Below are positions 15,561 to 24,260 of a DNA stretch of 32,000 nucleotides, piece by piece; the stretch's first letter is position 1, and each line of letters begins with the position of its first letter. The notes under the pieces are model-generated. The model was not told the origin of the DNA and searched no databases. It saw only the letters and a program-made list of their open reading frames with translations. Source of the stretch: Enterobacter phage fGh-Ecl04. The stretch lies in the sequence record ON212267.1; one strand, given 5' to 3'. A program made the translations under genes and the position numbers.

Positions 15561-16124
15561 TTACCATTCCAATGCTAATTTTTTAAGTTGCTTTTGTTCT
15601 TTCACGTTTTTGGTAATGCTTTTGACCAGCTCATCGGTCACTGTACCTTTAAGACGTTTTAATGTCTCAGACAGTTTATTTTTGTTGGCTAGAGTCACTC
15701 TATAACGCTCAGCGTCATTGATATTGATTGTATAATGATTCATCAATACCTTCAGTATAAGTGTCTCCTGGGCGCTCTCGTTTAACTTAGCCCACTTACC
15801 AAAACGGCGTCCTCGAGGAACAGCCGCTTTCAGATAATTGAAATGAGCTTCATCTGACAATCCAGAACCAACTAAATTCATCACATAAACCGATGGCATG
15901 CATTCTGGAAATTGAGACAAAGCATTTTCTACCATGAACTTCGAATAATCACGAGTTCCGATTGAGATATCTTTCTTCTCGTTAATTGCACCGATTATTG
16001 CGAAGAATTCATTTTCTGCTGTTTCTTTGAAAGTATCAGAGAGACGTTTAATCTCCGCCTCATCTTTACTATACCAAGCAATCTGGTGTTCGTTCAGCTG
16101 AACGTCATCTTCGAATAAACTCAT
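15561..16124 (-). CDS. 62: clamp loader small subunit, T4 gp62 homologue
   Basis: 187 aa; position between 44 and regA; length and character match T4 gp62. Confidence 0.93.
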   Translation of the reverse strand: MSLFEDDVQLNEHQIAWYSKDEAEIKRLSDTFKETAENEFFAIIGAINEKKDISIGTRDYSKFMVENALSQFPECMPSVYVMNLVGSGLSDEAHFNYLKAAVPRGRRFGKWAKLNESAQETLILKVLMNHYTININDAERYRVTLANKNKLSETLKRLKGTVTDELVKSITKNVKEQKQLKKLALEW

Positions 16125-17080
16125 TTGAATTGCATCTCTACAACAAGTTGCATGAACATATAAGTTATGTGCAGTTCTGTCGAAGCTGCTACACCATGAT
16201 ATTGATTGTTCTCACCAACAATCTCATACATCCTGATGATGCTAGCTTTATCAAGTTTAGTGTAAAGCTCGTTGGCAAGTTTCTCAATGAACCAAGAATA
16301 ATTGACCGCATACTTAGGAGCAAGTGCACGAAGTTGTTTAACGTCTTTAGATTTCAATGCATCAAGAACATCACTGATATCACCAGAAGTTTTTGTCACC
16401 AAATCCAAAATTCCCGAGTCAATAACACCCTTGGAAGAATAATGGTCCAAATCACCAATAGTCTTACGAAAATCTGGGAAGTTCTTGTTAACCAGAGCCG
16501 CAATGACTTTAAGGTCTTCAATTTTGATATTCTCGTTTTTGCAGATTTCTACGCAACGACGAATCATCTCTTTCATCATGTTGCGTTTATCGTCATCAGT
16601 CGCTTGACCGAATTTGATAACACGGCAACGAGATTGAAGTGGTTCAATGATACCGTCAATGTTGTTAGCAGTGATAATGATTGTACAGTTGCTTGAATAA
16701 GCTTCCATGAAAGAACGTAAGTGACGTTGAGATTCAGCAAGACCTGAACGGTCAAATTCGTCAATCACAATAACTTTCTGCTTACCAGATAATGAGGCAG
16801 CAGTTGCAAAGTTTGTCAGTGGTCCACGTACGAAATCAATCTTACAATCTGAACCATTAACGAACATCATTTCAACACCGACGTCGTTACAAAGTGCTTT
16901 TGCTAAAGTAGTTTTGCCTGTACCCGGAGATGCAGATACCAGAATCATATGAGGGATGGTGCCTTTCTTGATGATAGCATCGAATACTTGGCGGTCAAAT
17001 TCCGGAAGAATACATTCCGAAATTGATTGTGGACGATATTTCTGTTCGAAGATGTGTTCTTTTTCGTTAATGCTTAACAT
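16121..17080 (-). CDS. 44: clamp loader AAA+ subunit, T4 gp44 homologue
   Basis: 319 aa; Walker [26 protein letters not shown]; ATGA overlap with 62. Confidence 0.98.
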   Translation of the reverse strand: MLSINEKEHIFEQKYRPQSISECILPEFDRQVFDAIIKKGTIPHMILVSASPGTGKTTLAKALCNDVGVEMMFVNGSDCKIDFVRGPLTNFATAASLSGKQKVIVIDEFDRSGLAESQRHLRSFMEAYSSNCTIIITANNIDGIIEPLQSRCRVIKFGQATDDDKRNMMKEMIRRCVEICKNENIKIEDLKVIAALVNKNFPDFRKTIGDLDHYSSKGVIDSGILDLVTKTSGDISDVLDALKSKDVKQLRALAPKYAVNYSWFIEKLANELYTKLDKASIIRMYEIVGENNQYHGVAASTELHITYMFMQLVVEMQFK

Positions 17081-17094
17081 AATTTCCTCATATT
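17078..17094 (-). promoter_or_regulatory. putative RegA operator/RBS of gene 44 (AAUAUGAGGAAAUUAUG)
   Basis: Closely resembles the remembered T4 gene 44 RegA target AAUGAGGAAAUUAUG. Confidence 0.6.
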
Positions 17095-17111
17095 GAATTA
17101 ATCAAATCAGT

Positions 17112-17131
17112 GGATGGTCCGAAGACCATCC
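17112..17131 (-). terminator. hairpin GGATGGTC-TTCG-GACCATCC between genes 45 and 44
   Basis: Perfect 8-bp stem, UUCG tetraloop, no U-tract. Confidence 0.55.
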
Positions 17132-17139
17132 TATCACAA

Positions 17140-17826
17140 TTAGAAATCGTGAGTACTATCTGCTTCCATTGCTACTACATAACTTGCATGTTCACCTTCG
17201 AACTTAGCAGCAGTTTTCTTACCTTGTGCCCAGAGCAGCAGTTTATAATCGGCAGGCTGCATCTTCATGTTACCCATGTTGATAACGAAGTTGAAGTTAT
17301 TCGTACCATCATAATCACCGAGAGTTAGAGAATATTTGGTACGAACCAGAGCAGAATCTTCTACCTTATTGAAACCGTTCAGAACAATCTTACCATCTTT
17401 ATTAGTGATGGTGATTGTGTCAATCTGCAGACCACGAGATACTCGCATCAGTTGCTGCAGGTCTTCAGATTTGAAGTCAACGATAACAGAAGCAACCGGG
17501 AATGGAATTGGTTTGCTTGGGAATACGATAGTGCTTGGGTCAGCTGCCGGCCAGAAAATTGTTGAACGAGCATCAGCAATTTTGATGTTACCATCATCAG
17601 CCAGAGAAATTTCTGCATCTTCATTAACCAGAGACAGAATGCCAAGGAAGCCGTTCAGTTCATAAATCGCAACTTCAAAATCAATTTCGTCAGCGATAGT
17701 TGCTTCAGCGTAAGTTGTACCATTAACTGCACGAGTCATGATGAACTTACCAGGTTTCAGCATAATGCCAGAGTTGATAGTAGAGAAGTTTTTCAGAATA
17801 TTCAGAGTTTCTTTAGACAGTTTCAT
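17140..17826 (-). CDS. 45: sliding clamp, T4 gp45 homologue
   Basis: 228 aa; MKLSKETLNILKNFSTINSGIMLKPGKFI... Confidence 0.98.
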   Translation of the reverse strand: MKLSKETLNILKNFSTINSGIMLKPGKFIMTRAVNGTTYAEATIADEIDFEVAIYELNGFLGILSLVNEDAEISLADDGNIKIADARSTIFWPAADPSTIVFPSKPIPFPVASVIVDFKSEDLQQLMRVSRGLQIDTITITNKDGKIVLNGFNKVEDSALVRTKYSLTLGDYDGTNNFNFVINMGNMKMQPADYKLLLWAQGKKTAAKFEGEHASYVVAMEADSTHDF

Positions 17827-17834
17827 GTTTTTCC

Positions 17835-18260
17835 TTAGTTCAATTCAATTTCAGTTTCAGATGATTCAGATTTTACAACAAATGGAGCGAAGCTATCATA
17901 AACTTCTTGAGCAACGATTTCAGCAGCTACCAACAGCTGTTCATCAGCGTTAGTACAGAATTCGTCTTCCAGACGTTCACCACCGACCTTATCGAGAATA
18001 ACTTTAGCGCCGGCTTTAATTGAACGGTCATAGTGCTTACGCATTACTTCAATCCACTTTTCAGAGACTGAATTATCAACAGAAGAGTAATAAGCGAAGC
18101 GAACTTCAGAATCTGGCAGTTTGCGTTTAATAGCTTCTTTAATTTCTTCAGGCAGCATCAGAACCCATGCACGACGGATTTTATTCTGATTGTTAGGGTT
18201 GGAGTCAGTACGTACGTTTTTAGGTTGGATTTCTTTAACATCAGTAATGATATTCAGCAT
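17835..18260 (-). CDS. rpbA: RNA polymerase-binding protein RpbA
   Basis: 141 aa; position between 45 and 46; DVKEIQPKNVRTDSNPNNQNKIRRAWVLMLPEE. Confidence 0.88.
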   Translation of the reverse strand: MLNIITDVKEIQPKNVRTDSNPNNQNKIRRAWVLMLPEEIKEAIKRKLPDSEVRFAYYSSVDNSVSEKWIEVMRKHYDRSIKAGAKVILDKVGGERLEDEFCTNADEQLLVAAEIVAQEVYDSFAPFVVKSESSETEIELN

Positions 18261-18269
18261 ATTATTTTC

Positions 18270-18461
18270 TCATTCAAAAAATTCAGAAACTGTCCAAGCA
18301 GGATGCCTGTTGGAAGATATTTTATCATAGTCGTTACCGAAAGCATCTTTTAAATGCTGTTCAGTAACGACATGTTCTTCACCAGAAAAATTATTAGTGA
18401 GAACATATCTTTTAAGTTCAGGGAACGTTAGTAACTCGTTCCCGGTTGCGTATTGTTTCAT
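18270..18461 (-). CDS. small hypothetical protein between rpbA and 46
   Basis: ORF track; 63 aa; ATGA overlap with 46; the corresponding T4 interval also holds small ORFs. Confidence 0.75.
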   Translation of the reverse strand: MKQYATGNELLTFPELKRYVLTNNFSGEEHVVTEQHLKDAFGNDYDKISSNRHPAWTVSEFFE

Positions 18462-20146
18462 TCCAGTACCGTAAAGCGACCAACTTTCTTCATTTGAAGA
18501 TGTTGGCCGTATGCTTGAGGGTCATGGTCACGATGGCTGATGATGAAGATATTTGAATCTTGCATCTTGTTGAGTATTTGTGTGATAGATTTTACACCGT
18601 CAACGTCCGTAGCAGAATCGAATACTTCGTCTAAGAACAAACAGTTAATCTTAACACCAGATACTAATTCAGCTATATCACGCCAAGTGAATAACAGCGC
18701 AATATCAATACGTGCCTTTTCACCCTGACTAAAAGAGTTGTAACTAAATTCTTCGCGACCGCGAGATTTGATAGTTTCATTGAACTCTTCGTTCAAAGTA
18801 AAGACATAATCAGCATCCATTACTTTCAAATAAGAATTAATTTGCTTATTGAACAACGGAATGTACTTCTTAATTATTAAGCCTTTAATACCAGAATCCT
18901 TGAACATCTCAGTAAGAATACCACGAAGATATTTTTCCATGACTGAATTGGATTTGGTATCAACTATTTTATTCAATTCTTCATTAAGCGTTTTGATTTC
19001 ATCTGAATAATCAATGAACTCTTCAGCTGCTTTGTCAATAGCTGCTTTAATCTTACGAATACGCTCAACAGCTGCTTTCAACTCTTCAGTTTTGGCTGCT
19101 ACCTGGCCTCTGATGTCTCTGGCTCGACGTTTAACCGCTTCATATTCCATCTGGGATGCTTGAAGATTCTCTAGATGCGTTTTTAACTCAGCGTGTTTGA
19201 TATTACATTCATCAACTTTAGAGTTAATCTGGCCGATTAGAGTGTCACTGGAGTGCAAATCCTGCAAACATGTTGGACAATGACCGCCTTTATCATACAA
19301 CGACAGAACTTTTGTGTATGACTCGATGCGGTTCAGAATAGTCATCCCAGCCATCTGAGTCTTCTGAATTCCTTCAGACACATCATCTTCTTCGCCGATT
19401 ACGATGTTAGCCAAGTTATTGTTCAACTCGTCGATAGTGGAACGAATGTTACGAGCATCAGCCATAGACTCTTCGTACATATTCTGCCAACGAGCAACGT
19501 TTTCACCAGAAAGTTTCTTTTGCTTCTCTATGTTTTCTTCATAGATTTTTATTTGTTGCTGAATTCCGTCTTTCTTTGCATCAAGAACTTGAACTTGAGA
19601 ATTCAGTTCTCGAACCAAAGACTTATTCAGTTTATCCATTTCAGCAATAATTGAAACTTCAAGCAGGTCTTCTACTAACTTTCTCCGAGCGGGTGTACTA
19701 AGACCCATAAACGGAGTGTAGCCTGCTGTTCCGAGTACCACGACTTGCTTGAAACTTGTGTATGACATTCCAATGAGTTCTTCGAAATAACTTTGGAAGT
19801 CTTTAACTGAAGCCGCTTCATCAAGCTTAGCACCGTCGCGTTCAATTTCAAAGACATTTGGTTTCTGTCCACGTTTGATGTAATACGAATGACCGTCATA
19901 TTCCATCCACAATTCGCAGAGCAATCCTTTCTTATTGGTGGAATTAATTAATTGGCCTTTCTTGAAATCACGGAATGGCTTACCAAACAATGCGAACGTA
20001 ATCGCTTCAAGCATTGTACTTTTACCGGCACCATTCTTACCAGTGATTAATGTTTTGTGAACCTTATCAAGTTGAATATCAATGGGCTGACCGCCCACTG
20101 ACATAATGTTCTGATACTTGACTCGGTTCAATTTAAAAATCTTCAT
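18458..20146 (-). CDS. 46: recombination endonuclease subunit (SbcC/Rad50-like), T4 gp46 homologue
   Basis: 562 aa; TLITGKNGAGKSTMLEAITFALFGKPFR, CPTC zinc hook, FSQGEKARIDIALLF signature. Confidence 0.98.
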   Translation of the reverse strand: MKIFKLNRVKYQNIMSVGGQPIDIQLDKVHKTLITGKNGAGKSTMLEAITFALFGKPFRDFKKGQLINSTNKKGLLCELWMEYDGHSYYIKRGQKPNVFEIERDGAKLDEAASVKDFQSYFEELIGMSYTSFKQVVVLGTAGYTPFMGLSTPARRKLVEDLLEVSIIAEMDKLNKSLVRELNSQVQVLDAKKDGIQQQIKIYEENIEKQKKLSGENVARWQNMYEESMADARNIRSTIDELNNNLANIVIGEEDDVSEGIQKTQMAGMTILNRIESYTKVLSLYDKGGHCPTCLQDLHSSDTLIGQINSKVDECNIKHAELKTHLENLQASQMEYEAVKRRARDIRGQVAAKTEELKAAVERIRKIKAAIDKAAEEFIDYSDEIKTLNEELNKIVDTKSNSVMEKYLRGILTEMFKDSGIKGLIIKKYIPLFNKQINSYLKVMDADYVFTLNEEFNETIKSRGREEFSYNSFSQGEKARIDIALLFTWRDIAELVSGVKINCLFLDEVFDSATDVDGVKSITQILNKMQDSNIFIISHRDHDPQAYGQHLQMKKVGRFTVLE

Positions 20147-21165
20147 TGATTCTGAGCCTCAACATAAAGAGCTTGTGCAAATTTTTTCAATGCAGCATTA
20201 TCAGTTGGAGATAAGTCTTCCAATGCATCAATATATTCTGACATCAAATCTAATAAGCTTTTAACTTCGATATCTTCTTCGTCATCAGATTCAACTGAGT
20301 TGTCAATCTTAGAAACCATACGAAGCTCGTGAACTACTTTTTCGAGTTCAGTTTCAAACTTCGTGATGTCTTTATCAACATCAGTGACAATTACTCGGAC
20401 TGAAAGATTTTTGTAGTCGTTGTAATCAATCTTACCTGTGAATGGATATTGAAGTCTTACATGCCAAGTGGTTTCGTTTGGCACAAAATCCATACTTTCC
20501 GTTGCGGTATCGAAAATCCAGAATCCGCGAGGGTCGTTCTCGTCACCTGCTGTAAGGGTCCAGGGAGTGCCGATATACTTAACATTGGCAGCAGAGGATA
20601 TAGTATGGAAATGCCCTGACCACACTTGCTTATATGACTTAAGGAAATCTGGCTCGAGGCCATGAGATTTTAAACCTTTGTAGTAATAGAAGCCATTAAG
20701 CTCCCAGTGTCCAATACAATACTCTGCAGATGATTCTTTAACATGCTTCATAATAGAAGCTACGTTTTCGTCACAAAGCCATGGAATTAGGTCGATTAAG
20801 CATCCATCAAAATCAACAGTAGTAGGCACATCATAAATTTTGATGTGGTCATGTTTGCCCAATACTTCTGTGATAGCGTTAGGATGAATTTTATTCTTAT
20901 AATGCATATCGTGGTTTCCGATGATTGTATGCATCGTAATCCCAGCTTCTGCTAGCATATCAACTATTTCACGAGCGAATTCCATCGTCTTGTGAGTAAT
21001 AGCTTTACGTACGTCAAAAATATCTCCATACTGAATCCACACGGTAATTCCATGCTTCTTCGAGTACTCAATTTTTTGACGAATACCATCACGTTGAATT
21101 TCTTGAAGCCAAGGGTCATCACCCTTTACGCCCAGATGCCAGTCACCTGTGTGTAATATTTTCAT
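20143..21165 (-). CDS. 47: recombination endonuclease subunit (SbcD/Mre11-like), T4 gp47 homologue
   Basis: 340 aa; MKILHTGDWHLGVK, GDIFD, IIGNHDMHYK metallophosphoesterase motifs. Confidence 0.98.
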   Translation of the reverse strand: MKILHTGDWHLGVKGDDPWLQEIQRDGIRQKIEYSKKHGITVWIQYGDIFDVRKAITHKTMEFAREIVDMLAEAGITMHTIIGNHDMHYKNKIHPNAITEVLGKHDHIKIYDVPTTVDFDGCLIDLIPWLCDENVASIMKHVKESSAEYCIGHWELNGFYYYKGLKSHGLEPDFLKSYKQVWSGHFHTISSAANVKYIGTPWTLTAGDENDPRGFWIFDTATESMDFVPNETTWHVRLQYPFTGKIDYNDYKNLSVRVIVTDVDKDITKFETELEKVVHELRMVSKIDNSVESDDEEDIEVKSLLDLMSEYIDALEDLSPTDNAALKKFAQALYVEAQNQ

Positions 21166-21182
21166 GTTTTCACCTCAAAGAG

Positions 21183-21209
21183 ATTATACTCTATACTCCA
21201 GAAAGCAGA
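21183..21209 (-). promoter_or_regulatory. probable MotA-dependent middle promoter of gene 47 (TCTGCTTTC-N12-TATAAT)
   Basis: Minus-strand TCTGCTTTCTGGAGTATAGAGTATAAT. Confidence 0.7.
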
Positions 21210-21227
21210 AAGGGCCCGAAGGCCCTT
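21210..21227 (-). terminator. terminator-like hairpin AAGGGCC-TTCG-GGCCCTT
   Basis: Perfect 7-bp stem, UUCG tetraloop. Confidence 0.65.
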
Positions 21228-21229
21228 AA

Positions 21230-21295
21230 TTAAAATCCGTCAAATTCATCAAAGAAATCGAAATCTTCTTCATCAAATTTTCTTAACGAGAACAT
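21230..21295 (-). CDS. putative 21-aa acidic/aromatic micro-ORF MFSLRKFDEEDFDFFDEFDGF
   Basis: Below the ORF-track cutoff; GAGG 9 nt upstream of the ATG; ends just before the hairpin at 21210..21227. Confidence 0.45.
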   Translation of the reverse strand: MFSLRKFDEEDFDFFDEFDGF

Positions 21296-21536
21296 AACCC
21301 AATTCCTCAGCTAATTTCTTAGCTTCATTGAATTTTTTCAACATTTCAGTTTTTGAATTACGAATAGCTTCATAATCAATTTTTGATTCTGGCTTTTCAG
21401 ATGAGTTGCATATATTACAAAATATCGAACGTTTTGGACCGATATAATTGATACCGCAATCTCTGCATGTGCACATATAATCGCCAGAAGGCCAATCTTG
21501 AGGCATGCTGCGAGGCAACATTAAAGTTTCCACCAT
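21273..21536 (-). CDS. small zinc-ribbon-like protein, 87 aa
   Basis: CTCRDCG...FCNICN paired CxxC motifs. Confidence 0.7.
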   Translation of the reverse strand: MVETLMLPRSMPQDWPSGDYMCTCRDCGINYIGPKRSIFCNICNSSEKPESKIDYEAIRNSKTEMLKKFNEAKKLAEELGYVLVKKI

Positions 21537-21718
21537 GGTTTAACTTGGAGAGTATCAACCCACACAACTTCTTTAGGAGAAGCTTTTACTGCCGGGCCTG
21601 TGCTTCCAAGAACACGATAATGAGTTTCGGATAGTTTTACTGCCATGACTCCATTGGAAACTGACAGAGTAAAACCTGCATTAACTTTTAAACGCTTAAA
21701 CGGTTTTTGTACCAGCAT
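21521..21718 (-). CDS. hypothetical protein (MLVQKPFKRLKVNAGF..., 65 aa)
   Basis: ORF track 21521..21871; the longer version would overlap the neighbouring gene extensively. Confidence 0.55.
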   Translation of the reverse strand: MLVQKPFKRLKVNAGFTLSVSNGVMAVKLSETHYRVLGSTGPAVKASPKEVVWVDTLQVKPWWKL

Positions 21719-22019
21719 TGATGATTTCCCATACTTGTTGGCGTGTAGTCTGCCAGTTAACACGGATGATTTCGTCATTATAAGGTTGTTTGTAAATGTC
21801 ACGCAGTTTACAGAGAGCGTACTTATATGCTTCGAAATTATTTTCGAGGACTGCGCCAGCTGCGTGGTCATTCAGTCGCTTAATTTCACGACGATTCTTT
21901 TTGAAGATTTTAGTCGCCATAGCATTTGCACGTCTCTGGCTTTCTTCTTCAATCAAACGTTTAATACGTTCTTCGTTATCGTCGATTTGTTCTACGCTGT
22001 CAATATTACGTTCGTTCAT
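21696..22019 (-). CDS. hypothetical protein, 107 aa, charged/helical
   Basis: ORF track. Confidence 0.7.
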   Translation of the reverse strand: MNERNIDSVEQIDDNEERIKRLIEEESQRRANAMATKIFKKNRREIKRLNDHAAGAVLENNFEAYKYALCKLRDIYKQPYNDEIIRVNWQTTRQQVWEIINAGTKTV

Positions 22020-22024
22020 TTGAC

Positions 22025-22252
22025 CTACTTACTTTTGTAATCAATTGTTATGCTAAAATCATTTTCTCCTAGATTATAACTGTGAGTTATCTCAGCATTA
22101 TCAGAAGTGAATTCAGCGTCATGTGGGTTCTTGGGGTCGATGTGAATGTCCAAATCCAATACCTCCCTCATATACATTTTAAGCAAATAAGGGATAGCAT
22201 CGTAATCGGGCACTTCTTCCAGGAAACCTGCGAGGTTAATCGTCAGCCTCAT
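22025..22252 (-). CDS. hypothetical protein ([23 protein letters not shown]...)
   Basis: ORF track 22025..22279 with internal ATG at 22252. Confidence 0.6.
   Translation of the reverse strand: MRLTINLAGFLEEVPDYDAIPYLLKMYMREVLDLDIHIDPKNPHDAEFTSDNAEITHSYNLGENDFSITIDYKSK
22073..22099 (-). promoter_or_regulatory. possible MotA-dependent middle promoter (AATGCTGAG-N12-TATAAT)
   Basis: Minus strand; upstream of the 21696..22019 gene. Confidence 0.45.
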
Positions 22253-22769
22253 ATAAAAAATCCAAGTTCGGACCTTCATCTACAACATCGCTCTTTTTGT
22301 CAGACCCTGGCTGTTTGTAGGTGGAGGTTTCGTAATGCGTCATTTTATCGTAGATGTCTTGAATAAAAGTTTCATCTACCAACGCAACCATATCATCGTC
22401 ACGAGCGTCATAGACGTTGTGGACAAAATAGCTATACTTTTTGGCAACTTCCTTACGTTCTTTCTTGATACGTTGGACGAATGCGTTAAAGCAAGCACGG
22501 GTTATATACGCATGCGGGTTGTCGTACTTTGTTTCATCGAAGTTGTGTAGACCTTTGATAGAAGCTTCTACACCGTCTGAAATCATTTCATCTTTCCAAG
22601 AGCGGGTGTATCCCGAAAAGTTAAAACGCTTACTCAGACCCTCAGATATCAACATAATTGCTCTGCCGATAGTATCATTCTGACGAACGGGTTTACCAGC
22701 TTCGCGACATTGCTGTTTCCACTCAGTGATGGCTTTCAGCAACTCCTTATTATTTACATAGTTAGCCAT
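22236..22769 (-). CDS. 55: late-transcription sigma factor, T4 gp55 homologue
   Basis: 177 aa; [49 protein letters not shown]...[21 protein letters not shown]...[18 protein letters not shown]. Confidence 0.95.
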   Translation of the reverse strand: MANYVNNKELLKAITEWKQQCREAGKPVRQNDTIGRAIMLISEGLSKRFNFSGYTRSWKDEMISDGVEASIKGLHNFDETKYDNPHAYITRACFNAFVQRIKKERKEVAKKYSYFVHNVYDARDDDMVALVDETFIQDIYDKMTHYETSTYKQPGSDKKSDVVDEGPNLDFLYEADD

Positions 22770-22799
22770 ATTACCTCTTCCGCTTCATTTAATAAGAAT

Positions 22800-22808
22800 A
22801 TTATAACA
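22800..22808 (-). promoter_or_regulatory. possible extended -10 promoter upstream of gene 55 (TGTTATAAT)
   Basis: Minus-strand CGTGTTATAAT 5' of gene 55; no convincing -35 or correctly spaced MotA box. Confidence 0.35.
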
Positions 22809-22835
22809 CGTTTGGAGGAAGAGTATTTTAAGCAT

Positions 22836-23132
22836 CTATTTAAGGAGTTCGTAAAGCGAAAAGCACTTAATCATGAGTTTGCGGAAAGTAACAAAATCGA
22901 GTTCAGGCTCAAAAGCATTTTCATTACAGAATCTGAGCCATGATTTCCATAATTCGATGTAGCCATTTTCATTCAGCTTAGATACATGGCCTCGCCAGAC
23001 ATATTCAAGACTAGGACCAGGTTCATTGGAGTCTGAGAATGTAATTCCCATCCACTTATCAACGAAAAATTCACCCAGCCCAGTAACACGGAATGACGCG
23101 ATTTCAATATTATCTAAAGTAATTCGGCTCAT
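22836..23132 (-). CDS. hypothetical protein, 98 aa
   Basis: ORF track; ATGA overlap with the upstream ORF. Confidence 0.7.
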   Translation of the reverse strand: MSRITLDNIEIASFRVTGLGEFFVDKWMGITFSDSNEPGPSLEYVWRGHVSKLNENGYIELWKSWLRFCNENAFEPELDFVTFRKLMIKCFSLYELLK

Positions 23133-23380
23133 AAGTCAAATACCTTAAAAGTATCTTCGATTAAAGTCTTGAACGTATTGTAATGCATAGGTTCAAGGTC
23201 TTCGCAAGTTTCTTCACAGAATTCGCGATAAAGAATATCTGGAGTGTAATCGCGGAAAATAGCAATATCAGATTCCCAGTAAGCACCAGTCTCTTCATCG
23301 GAGAAATAAACGGTACCATCACGACGAATAACCCAATCACCATAATTCAATACAGTGAGCATGATTTGATTGTATTTCAT
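23129..23380 (-). CDS. hypothetical protein (MKYNQIMLTVLNYGDWVIRRDG...)
   Basis: ORF track 23129..23401; ATG at 23380 overlaps the upstream stop. Confidence 0.65.
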   Translation of the reverse strand: MKYNQIMLTVLNYGDWVIRRDGTVYFSDEETGAYWESDIAIFRDYTPDILYREFCEETCEDLEPMHYNTFKTLIEDTFKVFDL

Positions 23381-23604
23381 AGAATAAGCTCCTTGGCGCA
23401 TTCAATAGCTTCATCCATACTTCCGAATGCATCTACTGAGTGATAATCTTTCCCAGTGTATTCATAAACCCACCAGGCGTCAAAATCTTCTTCAATAACG
23501 AAATCAACATCGTTCTTTGAAGTACCTTCAATCATCAAGCGGCCGTCTTCAGTGCGCTTTGTTTGAAATCCGGCTAACTGTAAATCACTTTCAATTTTAT
23601 TCAT
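23377..23604 (-). CDS. hypothetical protein, 75 aa
   Basis: ORF track. Confidence 0.65.
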   Translation of the reverse strand: MNKIESDLQLAGFQTKRTEDGRLMIEGTSKNDVDFVIEEDFDAWWVYEYTGKDYHSVDAFGSMDEAIECAKELIL

Positions 23605-23860
23605 CGAGGTACTCCTTCAGTTCTTCCTCTGTCATTCCTTCTTCCCACATATGATAAAAAGGATAATCCCAACTTTTGTGTTCAACCGGGAAATATCTGA
23701 CACGGAAATCTTTGTTTATCATTTCACATGCTTTGAGATAATCAACAGCATTATTGATATCTTCCCAATTGGTTCCAAAGACGAATCGAGCATGCAACTT
23801 AGAATGCCAAACGTCTATTTTATGAGATATCAATATGATAACACTTATTCCTTCGTTCAT
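23597..23860 (-). CDS. hypothetical protein, 87 aa
   Basis: ORF track; overlapping stop/start with both neighbours. Confidence 0.65.
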   Translation of the reverse strand: MNEGISVIILISHKIDVWHSKLHARFVFGTNWEDINNAVDYLKACEMINKDFRVRYFPVEHKSWDYPFYHMWEEGMTEEELKEYLDE

Positions 23861-24195
23861 TTGGCAGCCTTAACAATTTTGAGGTCGACGAAGCCTTTCT
23901 TGCGCTGGTTCTTCATCTTACGGATAGTGCTGTCAGAGATTTCTTTACGCTTTGTAGTTGGAATACCGAAAGCATCAAGATTAAATTCGGACAGAATGTA
24001 AGCAACAACCAGTTCACGGATACGAGCTTTACCAATTTTCTGGTCATTTTCTTTCATCGTACCGTGCAGTTCAACTTCCCACTTATCCAGCAACTCAGGA
24101 GTCACGATAACGTCTTTGAACTCACCATCAACTTTCATTGCTTCTACCTTCGGGAATACGAAAGCGTTCAGTACGTTTTTGATAGCCTGTGACAT
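23857..24195 (-). CDS. hypothetical protein, 112 aa
   Basis: ORF track; GAGGAAAT upstream. Confidence 0.75.
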   Translation of the reverse strand: MSQAIKNVLNAFVFPKVEAMKVDGEFKDVIVTPELLDKWEVELHGTMKENDQKIGKARIRELVVAYILSEFNLDAFGIPTTKRKEISDSTIRKMKNQRKKGFVDLKIVKAAK

Positions 24196-24232
24196 ATTGA
24201 TTTCCTCATTTTAACTAAGTTTGACATAAGAG

Positions 24233-24259
24233 ATTCTATTCTGAATCCCTTATAGCAAA
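24233..24259 (-). promoter_or_regulatory. possible MotA-dependent middle promoter (TTTGCTATA-N12-TAGAAT)
   Basis: Minus strand, between 24261..24527 and 23857..24195 genes. Confidence 0.45.
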
Positions 24260-24260
24260 A

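Noticed and set aside
16576-16764. Minus-strand ORF nested in gene 44
   Set aside because: Alternate-frame ORF inside the AAA+ clamp loader gene; no independent support.
16130-17665. Plus-strand ORFs opposite genes 44 and 45 (16130..16696, 17110..17328, 17336..17665)
   Set aside because: Antisense to highly conserved replication genes with no convincing initiation signals or family motifs.
20457-20663. Minus-strand ORF nested in gene 47
   Set aside because: Entirely within the conserved SbcD-like gene in an alternate frame.
23129-23604. Possible tandem paralogy between the 23129..23380 and 23377..23604 products
   Set aside because: Shared features are limited to scattered W/Y/D-rich composition; no convincing alignment by eye.
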